This document shows positions 28,481-36,800 of a stretch of DNA of 64,000 bases, one piece after another. How positions within the stretch are numbered: position 1 is the stretch's first letter; the number at the start of each line of letters is the position of its first letter. Under the pieces are notes generated by a model. The model searched no databases, was not told where the DNA came from, and worked only from the letters and a program-made list of their open reading frames with translations. The DNA lies in IMG/VR virus record IMGVR_UViG_3300044712_000810, positions 248,001 through 312,000 of that record, one strand, 5' to 3'. The translations under genes were made by a program, and so were the position numbers.

Positions 28481-28560
28481 TTGCTGTGCATATCGAAAGA
28501 TGTGTAGTTTTGCCTCATAGTAGTCGCGAGCTATATAGAGAAATCTATCACAGCAGACCA
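28481..28560 (+). ncRNA. Atypical tRNA-like gene 4 with 8-bp acceptor stem
   Basis: TTGCTGTG/CACAGCAG-A-CCA; CATATC-GAAA-GATGTG; ATAGA-GAAA-TCTAT. Confidence 0.55.
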
Positions 28561-28563
28561 TTT

Positions 28564-28638
28564 GCGGTTGTAACTCAATTGGTAGAGTGGCAGCCTTCCA
28601 AGCTGTTAGTACGAGTTCGAGTCTCGTCTGCCGCTCCA
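28564..28638 (+). tRNA. tRNA-Gly(TCC)
   Basis: Cloverleaf; CT TCC AA loop; TCCA end. Confidence 0.9.
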
Positions 28639-28652
28639 ATTAACACAAACCT

Positions 28653-28686
28653 GGAGGCCCCGAAAGGGGTCTCCAACTTTATTTTT
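28653..28686 (+). terminator. Intrinsic terminator
   Basis: GGAGGCCCC-GAAA-GGGGTCTCC followed by a T tract. Confidence 0.75.
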
Positions 28687-28789
28687 GCATATCTTGTCGT
28701 CGCGGTCAAGAAACTCAGGCATGAGGAATTGGCGGGAGAACTGGTCACTTTCCCGCCAATTTAATCTGAAATTTAATATTCTAAAATTT

Positions 28790-28800
28790 GATATAGAAAT
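28790..28800 (+). promoter_or_regulatory. Recurrent promoter-like motif
   Basis: GATATAGAAAT, 20 nt before tRNA-Pro. Confidence 0.6.
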
Positions 28801-28819
28801 ATTGAGTTGCACAAACAAT

Positions 28820-28897
28820 CGGGGCGTAGCTCAGTTTGGCTAGAGCGCCTGCTTTGGGAGCAGGAAGTCGCGTGTTCGAATCATGTCGCCCCGACCA
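28820..28897 (+). tRNA. tRNA-Pro(TGG)
   Basis: Cloverleaf; TT TGG GA loop. Confidence 0.9.
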
Positions 28898-28911
28898 TTT
28901 TTCTTTATTGT

Positions 28912-28998
28912 GCTACTGTGGTGGAATTGGTAGACACCCGGGACTTAAAATCCCGTGACTGCGAGGTCGTGCCGGTTCGAGTCCGGCCAGTAGTACCA
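28912..28998 (+). tRNA. tRNA-Leu(TAA)
   Basis: Class II cloverleaf; CT TAA AA. Confidence 0.9.
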
Positions 28999-29010
28999 CA
29001 AAATTTCTGT

Positions 29011-29086
29011 GGGAGATTAGCTCAGCTGGGAGAGCGCCGCCCTTACAAGGCGGATGTCAGAGGTTCGATTCCTCTATCTCCTACCA
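29011..29086 (+). tRNA. tRNA-Val(TAC)
   Basis: Canonical cloverleaf; CT TAC AA. Confidence 0.92.
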
Positions 29087-29098
29087 CTTTTCCATTGT

Positions 29099-29181
29099 GC
29101 TCCAGTGGCGGAATTGGTAGACGCGCTAGCCTTAGGAGCTAGTGTTAATTCGTGGAGGTTCGAGTCCTCTCTGGAGTACCA
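29099..29181 (+). tRNA. tRNA-Leu(TAG)
   Basis: Class II; CT TAG GA. Confidence 0.9.
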
Positions 29182-29186
29182 CCTGT

Positions 29187-29264
29187 GCACCGGCCGTCTA
29201 ATTGGCTTTGGACATCTCCCTTTCAAGGAGAAGATAGCGGGTTCGAATCCCGTCCGGTGTACCA
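29187..29264 (+). tRNA. tRNA-Glu(TTC)
   Basis: CT TTC AA loop. Confidence 0.9.
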
Positions 29265-29279
29265 TTAAATTTCTTAAAT

Positions 29280-29354
29280 TGGGGAGTCGCCAAACGGTAA
29301 GGCACTGGGTTTTGGTCCCAGCATCTGAGGGTTCGAGTCCTTCCTCCCCAGCCA
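29280..29354 (+). tRNA. tRNA-Gln(TTG)
   Basis: TGGGGAG acceptor; TT TTG GT loop; G73. Confidence 0.9.
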
Positions 29355-29378
29355 AAAATTTCAAACAATCTCACACTA

Positions 29379-29389
29379 TACATAGAAAT
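29379..29389 (+). promoter_or_regulatory. Promoter-like motif variant
   Basis: TACATAGAAAT, 11 nt before tRNA-Lys. Confidence 0.5.
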
Positions 29390-29399
29390 AGTGTAATAT

Positions 29400-29475
29400 G
29401 CGCCGTTAGCTCAGCTGGTAGAGCAGTTGGCTTTTAACCAATTGGCCACAAGTTCAAATCTTGTACGGCGTACCA
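29400..29475 (+). tRNA. tRNA-Lys(TTT)
   Basis: CT TTT AA loop. Confidence 0.9.
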
Positions 29476-29481
29476 CCTTTC

Positions 29482-29520
29482 TTGAGGCACCGAAAGGTGC
29501 CTCAAATCTTTTATTTTTGC
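29482..29520 (+). terminator. Intrinsic terminator
   Basis: TTGAGGCACC-GAAA-GGTGCCTCAA followed by a T tract. Confidence 0.75.
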
Positions 29521-29526
29521 AATTTT

Positions 29527-29537
29527 CATATAGAAAT
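29527..29537 (+). promoter_or_regulatory. Recurrent promoter-like motif
   Basis: CATATAGAAAT, 15 nt before tRNA-Ala. Confidence 0.6.
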
Positions 29538-29551
29538 AATCAGTTAGAAGT

Positions 29552-29626
29552 GGGGGCTTAGCTCAGCGGGAGAGCACCTGCCTTGCACGCAGGGGGTCAA
29601 GAGTTCAAATCTCTTAGCCTCCACCA
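29552..29626 (+). tRNA. tRNA-Ala(TGC)
   Basis: GGGGGCT acceptor with G3:U70; CT TGC AC. Confidence 0.92.
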
Positions 29627-29639
29627 CTTTAAATTTAAT

Positions 29640-29715
29640 GGATACTTAGCTCAGTTGGTAGAGCACCTGCCTGAAGAGCAGGGTGTGCGCGGTTCGATTC
29701 CGTGAGTATCCACCA
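29640..29715 (+). tRNA. tRNA-Phe(GAA)
   Basis: CT GAA GA loop. Confidence 0.9.
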
Positions 29716-29721
29716 TTAAAT

Positions 29722-29945
29722 TTATTCCTCGAAAGAGGAATAAGATACTCCGTAGCGACTGTCGCAAGTCGACGACTGCTACAATGGGAGGTCTTTTAGG
29801 TTCCCTTTCAACCTCTTGAGGTTTTTGTCAAAATAACACTTTAGACTCCGAATCAAAAAGTGTTGCCGGACGCGAGGCGCCACCCTCACCCCTGATCTTT
29901 GACTACCTCTGCTGCTGGGAAAAAACTAACTGACCTCCCACCTTT
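29722..29945 (+). ncRNA. Candidate structured RNA
   Basis: No ORF; several hairpins inside a long-range TGGGAGGTC/GACCTCCCA stem. Confidence 0.4.
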
Positions 29946-29980
29946 TAACCTTCACCATAAACTCCAAAGGAGATAACAGA

Positions 29981-30157
29981 ATGGATGGAGCGCACCAAGA
30001 ATCTACTGGCAAGAACAATTCACGGAAACAAGATTTTCCTTACCTCCGTGACAATCCTTTTGAATTTGGCTTTCATTTCGATGAAAGCCCTCTTTCTTTA
30101 TGTTGTTACATGAACGAAGGATGTTCGTGGATTCCCAAAAGGAAGCCCTGTCAGTAA
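29981..30157 (+). CDS. Small hypothetical protein (58 aa, not in ORF track)
   Basis: SD AAGGAG before ATG; MDGAHQEST...KRKPCQ. Could instead be part of the structured RNA. Confidence 0.35.
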   Translation: MDGAHQESTGKNNSRKQDFPYLRDNPFEFGFHFDESPLSLCCYMNEGCSWIPKRKPCQ

Positions 30158-30165
30158 TCTAGAGC

Positions 30166-30255
30166 GGAAGTGTGGCCGAGTGGTTTAAGGCGGCGGTCTT
30201 GAAAACCGTTGGATCTTCACGGGTCCCTGGGGTTCGAATCCCTGCACTTCCGCCA
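30166..30255 (+). tRNA. tRNA-Ser(TGA)
   Basis: Class II; CT TGA AA; G73. Confidence 0.9.
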
Positions 30256-30267
30256 TTTTTAACTAAA

Positions 30268-30582
30268 ATGGCAAAACGAGATCAGCGTCGTAGACGCAAA
30301 GATCGGGGTCGAGAATTTATCGACCAATATAAAAAACATCAATGTTGTGTCGATTGTGGCACAAAAGAAAACTTAACCTTTCATCACGTCAAAAAGAAGG
30401 CAGCTAAAATTGCCTCAATGCCTGGAAAACACCAAAGTATCCGGGCCATTATGAAAGAGTTAAGAAAGTGTATCACGTTATGTGAAGACTGTCATAAAAA
30501 AGTCCATAATGAACCCGTTAAAAAACGCAATCGGGCGTTAACGGAAAAGATGCTTCAAAATGTTAAAAAACATTTGAGGTAA
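30268..30582 (+). CDS. HNH endonuclease
   Basis: CVDCG...LTFHHV...CITLCEDCHKKVH. Confidence 0.85.
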   Translation: MAKRDQRRRRKDRGREFIDQYKKHQCCVDCGTKENLTFHHVKKKAAKIASMPGKHQSIRAIMKELRKCITLCEDCHKKVHNEPVKKRNRALTEKMLQNVKKHLR

Positions 30583-30593
30583 GGAGAAACGAC

Positions 30594-30788
30594 GTGGCAA
30601 AAGGTGATTCCAAAGGCGGTTCCAAGGGAGCTTCGAAAGCTGGAAGCAAAGCAGCTTCCGGAAACGTCAAGCGCGGCAAGGGTATTCCCAAGCGCACGTC
30701 AATCGGCCTGTCTCCTCAGAGCCGTCCGAAGAACAAAAACAAACGTCGTCTGGCTGGCAAACGCGTCTATCGCGGACAAGGCAGATAA
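30594..30788 (+). CDS. Small, highly basic K/R/G/S protein
   Basis: SD AAGGAG before GTG; ends KRVYRGQGR. Confidence 0.6.
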   Translation: MAKGDSKGGSKGASKAGSKAASGNVKRGKGIPKRTSIGLSPQSRPKNKNKRRLAGKRVYRGQGR

Positions 30789-30798
30789 ATAAAATTGC

Positions 30799-30889
30799 GG
30801 TGGGGTGGCAGAGCTGGCTTAATGCGCGAACCTGCTAAGTTCGTGGGTCTTAAAACGCCCCGAGAGTTCGAATCTCTCCCCCGCCGCCA
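30799..30889 (+). tRNA. tRNA-Ser(GCT)
   Basis: Class II; CT GCT AA. Confidence 0.88.
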
Positions 30890-30919
30890 TTTTTAACTAC
30901 AAACACAACAGGACACAAA

Positions 30920-31303
30920 ATGAGTAAGTATTTCTCTTTTTTTGACGAATCTTCAAACATGAGTGTAATTGGTCTTATTAGCATGACCAGTAATAAAGTA
31001 CATATGTACGAGATTGATTCGGCTTTCATTGAAGCTCATCTTAATGCTATCAAACAATCAGAAAATGAAAATCTTGACATTAATGGAATTCTTGTATTTG
31101 GAGAATGTGAAAAAAATGATAAAGATCAATTTTCATTTGGTGATGCAGTTTGTGGATTTTATGAAGGTGTAAATATGAAAGACGAATTTTTAAAAGAAGA
31201 TAATTCTAAGTTTTATAAAAAATATCTGATGGAAACTGTCAATCAATATCATGATGCGACAGATTTGATTTCCACAGGCTATGAAAATGCAACAATTAAT
31301 TAA
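30920..31303 (+). CDS. Hypothetical protein
   Basis: 127-aa ORF. Confidence 0.55.
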   Translation: MSKYFSFFDESSNMSVIGLISMTSNKVHMYEIDSAFIEAHLNAIKQSENENLDINGILVFGECEKNDKDQFSFGDAVCGFYEGVNMKDEFLKEDNSKFYKKYLMETVNQYHDATDLISTGYENATIN

Positions 31304-31805
31304 AATTATTCGAAAACAATACAAACTGGACTTCTTAAAAGGAGTTCATGGAATCTCCCATTGGGCGAGATTATATACATATGGAAACATACTCTGTGAT
31401 GGAAATAGCAATATTGATCGCAAAGTTGTGTCCATGTTTTCTATTTTTCATGATTCTTGCAGATTAAATGATCATGATGATCCAGGACATGGTAAACGCT
31501 CATGTAAATTGCTTGAAAATATTTTACCAGATCTTGGCGGATTAAATATAGAACAATATACACAACTTTATTATGCGTGTGGCAGACATACGTTTGGTAC
31601 ACCTGATGAAGTTGATGATGTGACTATACTTACATGTTGGGATATTGATCGACTTGATTTATATAGAGTTGGTAATTATCCTGATCCTAAATTACTTTGT
31701 ACACCAGCTGCAAGAGATAAAGATTTAATATGGCGTTGTAGTGAATTGGCCGAACATCATCATGTGTATCATGATGTAATAAATAATTGGGGAGTAGATA
31801 TCTAA
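31281..31805 (+). CDS. HD-domain phosphohydrolase
   Basis: VHGISHWAR, FHDSCR..DHDDPGHG, CWDIDRLDL.RVG. Confidence 0.8.
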   Translation: MKMQQLIKIIRKQYKLDFLKGVHGISHWARLYTYGNILCDGNSNIDRKVVSMFSIFHDSCRLNDHDDPGHGKRSCKLLENILPDLGGLNIEQYTQLYYACGRHTFGTPDEVDDVTILTCWDIDRLDLYRVGNYPDPKLLCTPAARDKDLIWRCSELAEHHHVYHDVINNWGVDI

Positions 31806-32233
31806 TGTACGTTTGTCCTTCATGTTATGGTATTTTCAATGAATTAGATAACTATGGTGATGAAGTACTTTGTCCAAATAAACTTTGTGATGAAGTAGAA
31901 CTTGTACAGATTGATGAAGCATTATGTGATGTTATTAGCACTATGTGGCGTCAAGGAATTGAAACTAAATTCTGTTGTGCCGGTCATCTATATGAGAAAT
32001 TTTCAAGAAGTTATATAGTTTTAGAAAAACCAATGTTAGTACACGTTGCAAAGATATTTAAACATTTCCCTAATGATTTTACTAATATTAAAATCGATCT
32101 CGAAAATGCACCTGAAGAATGTTTTGCACTTCGAGTAACTGATGATGAAAACTTTAATGTATTTGAACGTATAAATATTCAAACAGAATTTTTAAAGTTC
32201 TTATACATGTTAACCGATGAATATCGGAAGTAG
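31805..32233 (+). CDS. Hypothetical protein with N-terminal Zn-ribbon
   Basis: CPSC...CPNKLC; TKFCCAGH. Confidence 0.55.
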   Translation: MYVCPSCYGIFNELDNYGDEVLCPNKLCDEVELVQIDEALCDVISTMWRQGIETKFCCAGHLYEKFSRSYIVLEKPMLVHVAKIFKHFPNDFTNIKIDLENAPEECFALRVTDDENFNVFERINIQTEFLKFLYMLTDEYRK

Positions 32234-32474
32234 GATTTATTATCCAATTGACTCCGATAGTATTGTAGTAGGTTATATTACTAAAATTACACGTGAACGT
32301 GGACATAATTTCCTTGAAATGAGTTTTGACGGATGCGAATCAAAAACTCATATACGCGAAGATCTAGTATTTGAGTATCCAGAAAATTTTACTGGAACTC
32401 CAAAAGAATTAGTCGATCGTGCAACAGCATTATCATATTTTCGCAACTTGTGCGCCCGTAGCTCAGCGGATTAG
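32217..32474 (+). CDS. Hypothetical protein
   Basis: 85-aa ORF whose end overlaps tRNA-Arg. Confidence 0.45.
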   Translation: MNIGSRIYYPIDSDSIVVGYITKITRERGHNFLEMSFDGCESKTHIREDLVFEYPENFTGTPKELVDRATALSYFRNLCARSSAD

Positions 32475-32528
32475 AGTACTTGGCTACGAACCAAGGGGTC
32501 GGAGGTTCGAATCCTTCCGGGCGTACCA
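32452..32528 (+). tRNA. tRNA-Arg(ACG)
   Basis: CT ACG AA loop. Confidence 0.9.
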
Positions 32529-32549
32529 CTTTTACCTGGAGATTAACTA

Positions 32550-32852
32550 ATGTGGAAAGACAAATTCGGAAGAGATGTAAATATCGGTGATTTTATCATT
32601 TATGGCCGTGCACTCGGAAGATGTGCCGGAATATCTATTGGTAAAGTTATTGGATATAAAACATCAACTCCAAAATATTATACTAACCCAATTGAAAAAT
32701 TGCAAATTATCACAGAGGAAGGAAGCAAGACTTATCTTGAATTCCCAAGTCGTGTAATTGTAATCCCTGATTATCATCCTGACGTTCCTGTCTTAAGACA
32801 TGGAGCATGGGGTGAACCTAAATATGAACCAATAGAATGGAAAGATGAATAA
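32550..32852 (+). CDS. Hypothetical protein
   Basis: KDKFGRDVNIGDFIIY start, typical of small SH3/KOW-like phage proteins. Confidence 0.55.
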   Translation: MWKDKFGRDVNIGDFIIYGRALGRCAGISIGKVIGYKTSTPKYYTNPIEKLQIITEEGSKTYLEFPSRVIVIPDYHPDVPVLRHGAWGEPKYEPIEWKDE

Positions 32853-33027
32853 GTTAACCAAACAACAAAAACGAAAATTAGAAAAGATAGTAGAAAGAAT
32901 TAGAATAACTATAATGATTATTATAATATTAATAGGTATTATAGCATTTGCGCTCATCGCTGCTAAAAGTGGCGGCAAAACTGCACCATCGGGGAATTAT
33001 CCGTTGTTGTTATTCCCATTCTTCTAG
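32845..33027 (+). CDS. Small membrane protein
   Basis: Basic N-terminus plus an Ile-rich TM helix. Confidence 0.5.
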   Translation: MNKLTKQQKRKLEKIVERIRITIMIIIILIGIIAFALIAAKSGGKTAPSGNYPLLLFPFF

Positions 33028-33035
33028 GAATTAAA

Positions 33036-33359
33036 ATGACAAAATATGAAAGACTCAAACAAGAGCTAGAAACAACAGGCAAAGGTAATATGAAATGCTT
33101 CGGCAATAGTATGTTACCTATACTCGCAAATCCAACAACTAATGAATATGTAAAATGTGAAGAATATGAAGTCGGTGATATCGTCTTCTGCAAAGTTAAA
33201 GGACGATATATCGATGCTCATAAGATCACTCAAAAAGCTGCCGATGGTAGTTATTTGATATCTAATAATAAAGGTCATGACAATGGCTGGACTAGACAAA
33301 TCTTTGGCAAAGTTGTAAAAGCAACTGATAATGCCGGAAATGTCAAGGAGTTTAAATAA
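33036..33359 (+). CDS. S24/S26 peptidase-like protein
   Basis: GNSMLP...VGDIVFC...HKI. Confidence 0.65.
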   Translation: MTKYERLKQELETTGKGNMKCFGNSMLPILANPTTNEYVKCEEYEVGDIVFCKVKGRYIDAHKITQKAADGSYLISNNKGHDNGWTRQIFGKVVKATDNAGNVKEFK

Positions 33360-33455
33360 TGTCATATATCGAAACTTCTGATGAAGTACTCGATCAAGGC
33401 GAACAGGAAATTCAAGATGTTCATGACGTTCCTGAAGACGAAGTTTAAATAATAT

Positions 33456-33542
33456 GCAGCTGTGGTGGAACTGGTAGACACGCTAGCTTGAGGGGCTAGT
33501 TGAAGCAATTCAGTGCAGGTTCGAGTCCTGTCAGCTGTACCA
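33456..33542 (+). tRNA. tRNA-Leu(GAG)
   Basis: Class II; TT GAG GG. Confidence 0.88.
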
Positions 33543-33556
33543 CTTTTGGAGGCTCC

Positions 33557-33796
33557 ATGAAACACTTCATGGTTACACTTAAACAGAATTGGACAAATAA
33601 TATAACAACTGATGATCTTCGTAGATATCTCGAAGAAGATCATGATTGTAAAATTGATTTCATATCAAAAAGTAATAATTATGTTGCTATATTTGCGACT
33701 GATAATACTGTCGCAAGTCTTTTGATGAAGCCATCGGGGATCATCGAGACTATTTCTGAAGTGCAACCCATGAAAGCGTTGGAGACAAAATCATGA
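33557..33796 (+). CDS. Hypothetical protein
   Basis: SD GGAGG; starts MKHFMVTL. Confidence 0.5.
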   Translation: MKHFMVTLKQNWTNNITTDDLRRYLEEDHDCKIDFISKSNNYVAIFATDNTVASLLMKPSGIIETISEVQPMKALETKS

Positions 33797-33969
33797 ACTG
33801 GTATGTTCTCGGCATCGTGTGTGTACTCGCATTGGTGCTTTTCTCGATTCTTATGTTCTTGAAACTAATTGTGATGAACATCAAAACTCTTGTCGTATGC
33901 GGTATTATCGTTGCGGCGGTGTACTGGTGTTATAAACGTTTCTGTTCAGGTAGCAATACCGGAAGCTAA
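33793..33969 (+). CDS. Small membrane protein (not in ORF track)
   Basis: 58 aa, MNWYVLGIVCVLALVLF..., SD GGAG, ATGA overlap. Confidence 0.5.
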   Translation: MNWYVLGIVCVLALVLFSILMFLKLIVMNIKTLVVCGIIVAAVYWCYKRFCSGSNTGS

Positions 33970-34020
33970 ATGTTGGTGCGGGGTTTCGACCCCGCATCCA
34001 TTTAATCCTTCGAGATTATT

Positions 34021-34317
34021 ATGCGAAATCCAGTTAAATTCAATGCAAATGAACATATATCTAGCCTTATTAAAGGCAAAGATTTTAAACATTTAAGAAT
34101 TGTATTTAATCGAATTACGGATATAGTAAAGAAAGTATCAATGGGTAGATGTTATGGTGTATCTCATAGAATGGCACCCGGAAGTATAAAATTTCAAAAA
34201 TTTACAGACAACGGCATACACTTTGTAGGATATGGCGAACGTGGACTTGTAAATTTCTACGTCATATGCGATGAAGAAAATCGGGATGAAATAATCAAAG
34301 AGGTTGCCAATGTCTAA
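34021..34317 (+). CDS. Hypothetical protein
   Basis: 98-aa ORF. Confidence 0.5.
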   Translation: MRNPVKFNANEHISSLIKGKDFKHLRIVFNRITDIVKKVSMGRCYGVSHRMAPGSIKFQKFTDNGIHFVGYGERGLVNFYVICDEENRDEIIKEVANV

Positions 34318-34454
34318 CCCACATAAAATCTGTGGAACTATATTAGCAATCATGTTGATGTTTGGAAGTATAATCATAGACGATGTAAATTGTCTTAAAG
34401 GACTATCAGCATCAGCATGGTTCTTAGTAATCTTAGCATTACTTAAATAACAAT

Positions 34455-34531
34455 GCCAGCTTGGTGAAGTGGCCTAACACGGGGGTCTCATAAGCCCCTA
34501 TTCACTGGTTCGAATCCAGTAGCTGGTACCA
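34455..34531 (+). tRNA. tRNA with CAT anticodon (Met or lysidine-Ile2)
   Basis: GGGGT-CT CAT AA-GCCCC. Confidence 0.85.
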
Positions 34532-34550
34532 TTTAAACACTGGAGGTTTC

Positions 34551-35009
34551 GTGTTCACTGAATTACTTGGTAAAATAATAGTTGATATCGAAATAGGACA
34601 CGATGAAGAAGACAATGATGCAATATATTTCTTGTTAAATGATAAAACAAAACTCAAAATGTATCATCAACAAGATTGTTGTGAATCAGTATCAATTAAA
34701 GAAATAGTTGGAGACATAAATAATTTAATTGGGCATCCAATTCTCGAAGCGGATGAATCAGTTAAAGAAACTCGTGGCGATGATGAAGAATCTGAAACAT
34801 GGACATTTTATAAATTAAGCACGATAAAAGGTAATGTAAACATATCATGGTATGGAACATCCAATGGATATTATTCTGAATCTGTTAATATTGCATATGA
34901 AGATTTTGATATGGAAGATGAAATCTTAAGACTTTCAAAAAAATTAACAGAAATAACCAATGGTGATGTTGCATTAGCAATTAAAAAATATATAATTGAA
35001 AATATGTAA
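34551..35009 (+). CDS. Conserved phage protein with K(-7) tail
   Basis: MYHQQDCCESV...ETWTFY...WYGTSNGYYSESV; ends IKKYIIENM. Confidence 0.65.
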   Translation: MFTELLGKIIVDIEIGHDEEDNDAIYFLLNDKTKLKMYHQQDCCESVSIKEIVGDINNLIGHPILEADESVKETRGDDEESETWTFYKLSTIKGNVNISWYGTSNGYYSESVNIAYEDFDMEDEILRLSKKLTEITNGDVALAIKKYIIENM

Positions 35010-35057
35010 TTGGGAGCTATATGCTCCCATTTTTTTAGTTTGTTTTTTGGAGGTCTC

Positions 35058-35303
35058 ATGGATATTAAGGAAAACACAATAATCATTAGATGTGATTATT
35101 CTTTAAGTGATCAGAGTGACTGTAAATTATATAAATCAAATCCTGGACAAAATATGATGTTCAATGTGTGTGCACATATTTTAGGAACCAGATGTGATTG
35201 GTGTAATCATCCACAAAGAATTAAAGAAAAAATAGTTGAATTATATTTACAACATTTTGAAACACATGAAGAATTTCAGAAACTATTATTGGAAAAGATA
35301 TGA
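35058..35303 (+). CDS. Cys-rich small protein, K(-7) family
   Basis: Ends EEFQKLLLEKI. Confidence 0.6.
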   Translation: MDIKENTIIIRCDYSLSDQSDCKLYKSNPGQNMMFNVCAHILGTRCDWCNHPQRIKEKIVELYLQHFETHEEFQKLLLEKI

Positions 35304-35575
35304 ATTTTGATCTACATGTCATGTGTGATTTTGATGATGACTTTAATCAATGCCCATGTTTTAAAAAAGAAGAATATGCGCGTATGCAATATTACCATGA
35401 TGAAAATGGAAAACCCGGACATAGAGAAGCGGGAGTAATAACTACTTGTGAATTTTATGATTCAGATAATAATGGTTGTTATGAACAATCACGGTATGTA
35501 CAAAGTGTTGTAGAACTATATTTACTACATTGTAAATCTGAACTGTTTCAAAAGGTATTAATAGAAAAAATATGA
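35300..35575 (+). CDS. Cys-rich small protein, K(-7) family
   Basis: Ends ELFQKVLIEKI. Confidence 0.6.
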   Translation: MNFDLHVMCDFDDDFNQCPCFKKEEYARMQYYHDENGKPGHREAGVITTCEFYDSDNNGCYEQSRYVQSVVELYLLHCKSELFQKVLIEKI

Positions 35576-35847
35576 TAGATCTACCATTTGAACCAACATG
35601 GGTTTTATATGAATGTCCTCATTGGTTAAGTTACGCAGTATATAAATTAAATCGTAATTGTGAATTTTATGAAGAAGGTAAAGTATATGAATCAGATTTA
35701 ATGACACGTCGATGTAAATTCTCAAAAGAAATAAACCATCGTGATTGTCGGTGTACTGAAAGACAAAAACGATTAATTATTAACGAGTATTTACGTTTAT
35801 TTGAAACTCCTGAGGAGTTTCAAAAGTTGTTGTTGGAGAAAATATGA
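35572..35847 (+). CDS. Cys-rich small protein, K(-7) family
   Basis: Ends EEFQKLLLEKI. Confidence 0.6.
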   Translation: MIDLPFEPTWVLYECPHWLSYAVYKLNRNCEFYEEGKVYESDLMTRRCKFSKEINHRDCRCTERQKRLIINEYLRLFETPEEFQKLLLEKI

Positions 35848-36155
35848 GTGCACATCAAGACTTTATGACAGCATTGGATACATATTTAGATTTACTTAAA
35901 ACCACACGTATTCGAACTATTTATTTAAATGGATACATATATGAATTAGTATTAGTAGAAGGCGAGTTATTAGTATATGAATTTTATAATCATGATAAAA
36001 GTGATCATATTGTGTATGAAACAAGATCTCATGATTATCCTGGTGATTGTACAATGTTACAGACTCTTATGATGGGTGCACATATGCACTCATCAGATCA
36101 AAAAATGAAAGAATTAGAAATTGATATACAGAAACGTATAATGGAATTAATATGA
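35844..36155 (+). CDS. Small protein, K(-7) family
   Basis: Ends IDIQKRIMELI. Confidence 0.6.
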   Translation: MSAHQDFMTALDTYLDLLKTTRIRTIYLNGYIYELVLVEGELLVYEFYNHDKSDHIVYETRSHDYPGDCTMLQTLMMGAHMHSSDQKMKELEIDIQKRIMELI

Positions 36156-36439
36156 CAGATTATGATATTGATAATATTGCAGATGCATTATTAAACAATA
36201 CTCCAATAATGGCATTTAGAGTAGAATATCACTGTGACTATCAATTTTCAACAGATCGTACAGCGTGTCCATATTTTTCAAAGAGTAATTGGTCATCTAA
36301 ACGGTGTAGTCACTCGCAACATGATGATCATAAATTATGCGATAATAAAGAAAAAATTAAGAAAACAGTTGTTAAAGAATTCATTAAACATTTTGATAAT
36401 ATAACAGATTTTCAAAAACTTTTACTCGAGGAAGTATGA
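36152..36439 (+). CDS. Cys-rich small protein, K(-7) family
   Basis: Ends TDFQKLLLEEV. Confidence 0.6.
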   Translation: MTDYDIDNIADALLNNTPIMAFRVEYHCDYQFSTDRTACPYFSKSNWSSKRCSHSQHDDHKLCDNKEKIKKTVVKEFIKHFDNITDFQKLLLEEV

Positions 36440-36672
36440 TAAAATTAGAATACAAATGCGCACACAGCACTTTAAAAGAAAAACGCACATGTTCAAAATT
36501 TAAATTAGTATATCATAATGCAGGTACCGAATATAAATATGCTGAATGTAAATGGATTAAATATGGCCAGTGTAATAATTTTGATCTTATGAAACAAGAA
36601 TTATTACAAGAATGTTTAGTCATGTTTGATGATAATGAACTAGTTCAAAAAGCAATAATTGCCGAAATTTGA
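36436..36672 (+). CDS. Cys-rich small protein, K(-7) family
   Basis: Ends ELVQKAIIAEI. Confidence 0.6.
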   Translation: MIKLEYKCAHSTLKEKRTCSKFKLVYHNAGTEYKYAECKWIKYGQCNNFDLMKQELLQECLVMFDDNELVQKAIIAEI

Positions 36673-36686
36673 ATATTGTCTGATTT

Positions 36687-36697
36687 CATATAAAAAT
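36687..36697 (+). promoter_or_regulatory. Promoter-like motif, AAAAAT variant
   Basis: CATATAAAAAT before tRNA-Cys. Confidence 0.55.
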
Positions 36698-36720
36698 AGT
36701 AAACAAGTACGCGTGTAATA

Positions 36721-36800
36721 GGTGACGTGGCTCGAGTGGTCGAAGGCACGGGTCTGCAAAACCTGTATTACCGTCAGTTCGAATCTGACCGTCACCTCCA
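36721..36800 (+). tRNA. tRNA-Cys(GCA)
   Basis: CT GCA AA; U73; slightly long variable region. Confidence 0.85.

Noticed and set aside
28447-29437. Track ORFs across the tRNA cluster (28447, 28807, 29054, 29074, 29198)
   Set aside because: They are translations of tRNA genes.
29722-30160. Group I intron or RNase P RNA
   Set aside because: No correctly ordered P7 (GACUA...UAGUC) pairing and no GAGGAAAGUCC-type P4 motif on either strand.
33972-34000. GGTGCGGG-GTTTCGA-CCCGCATCCA as a tRNA half or att site
   Set aside because: A simple hairpin after a small ORF's stop codon; most simply a terminator, and no matching tRNA or integrase is in the window.
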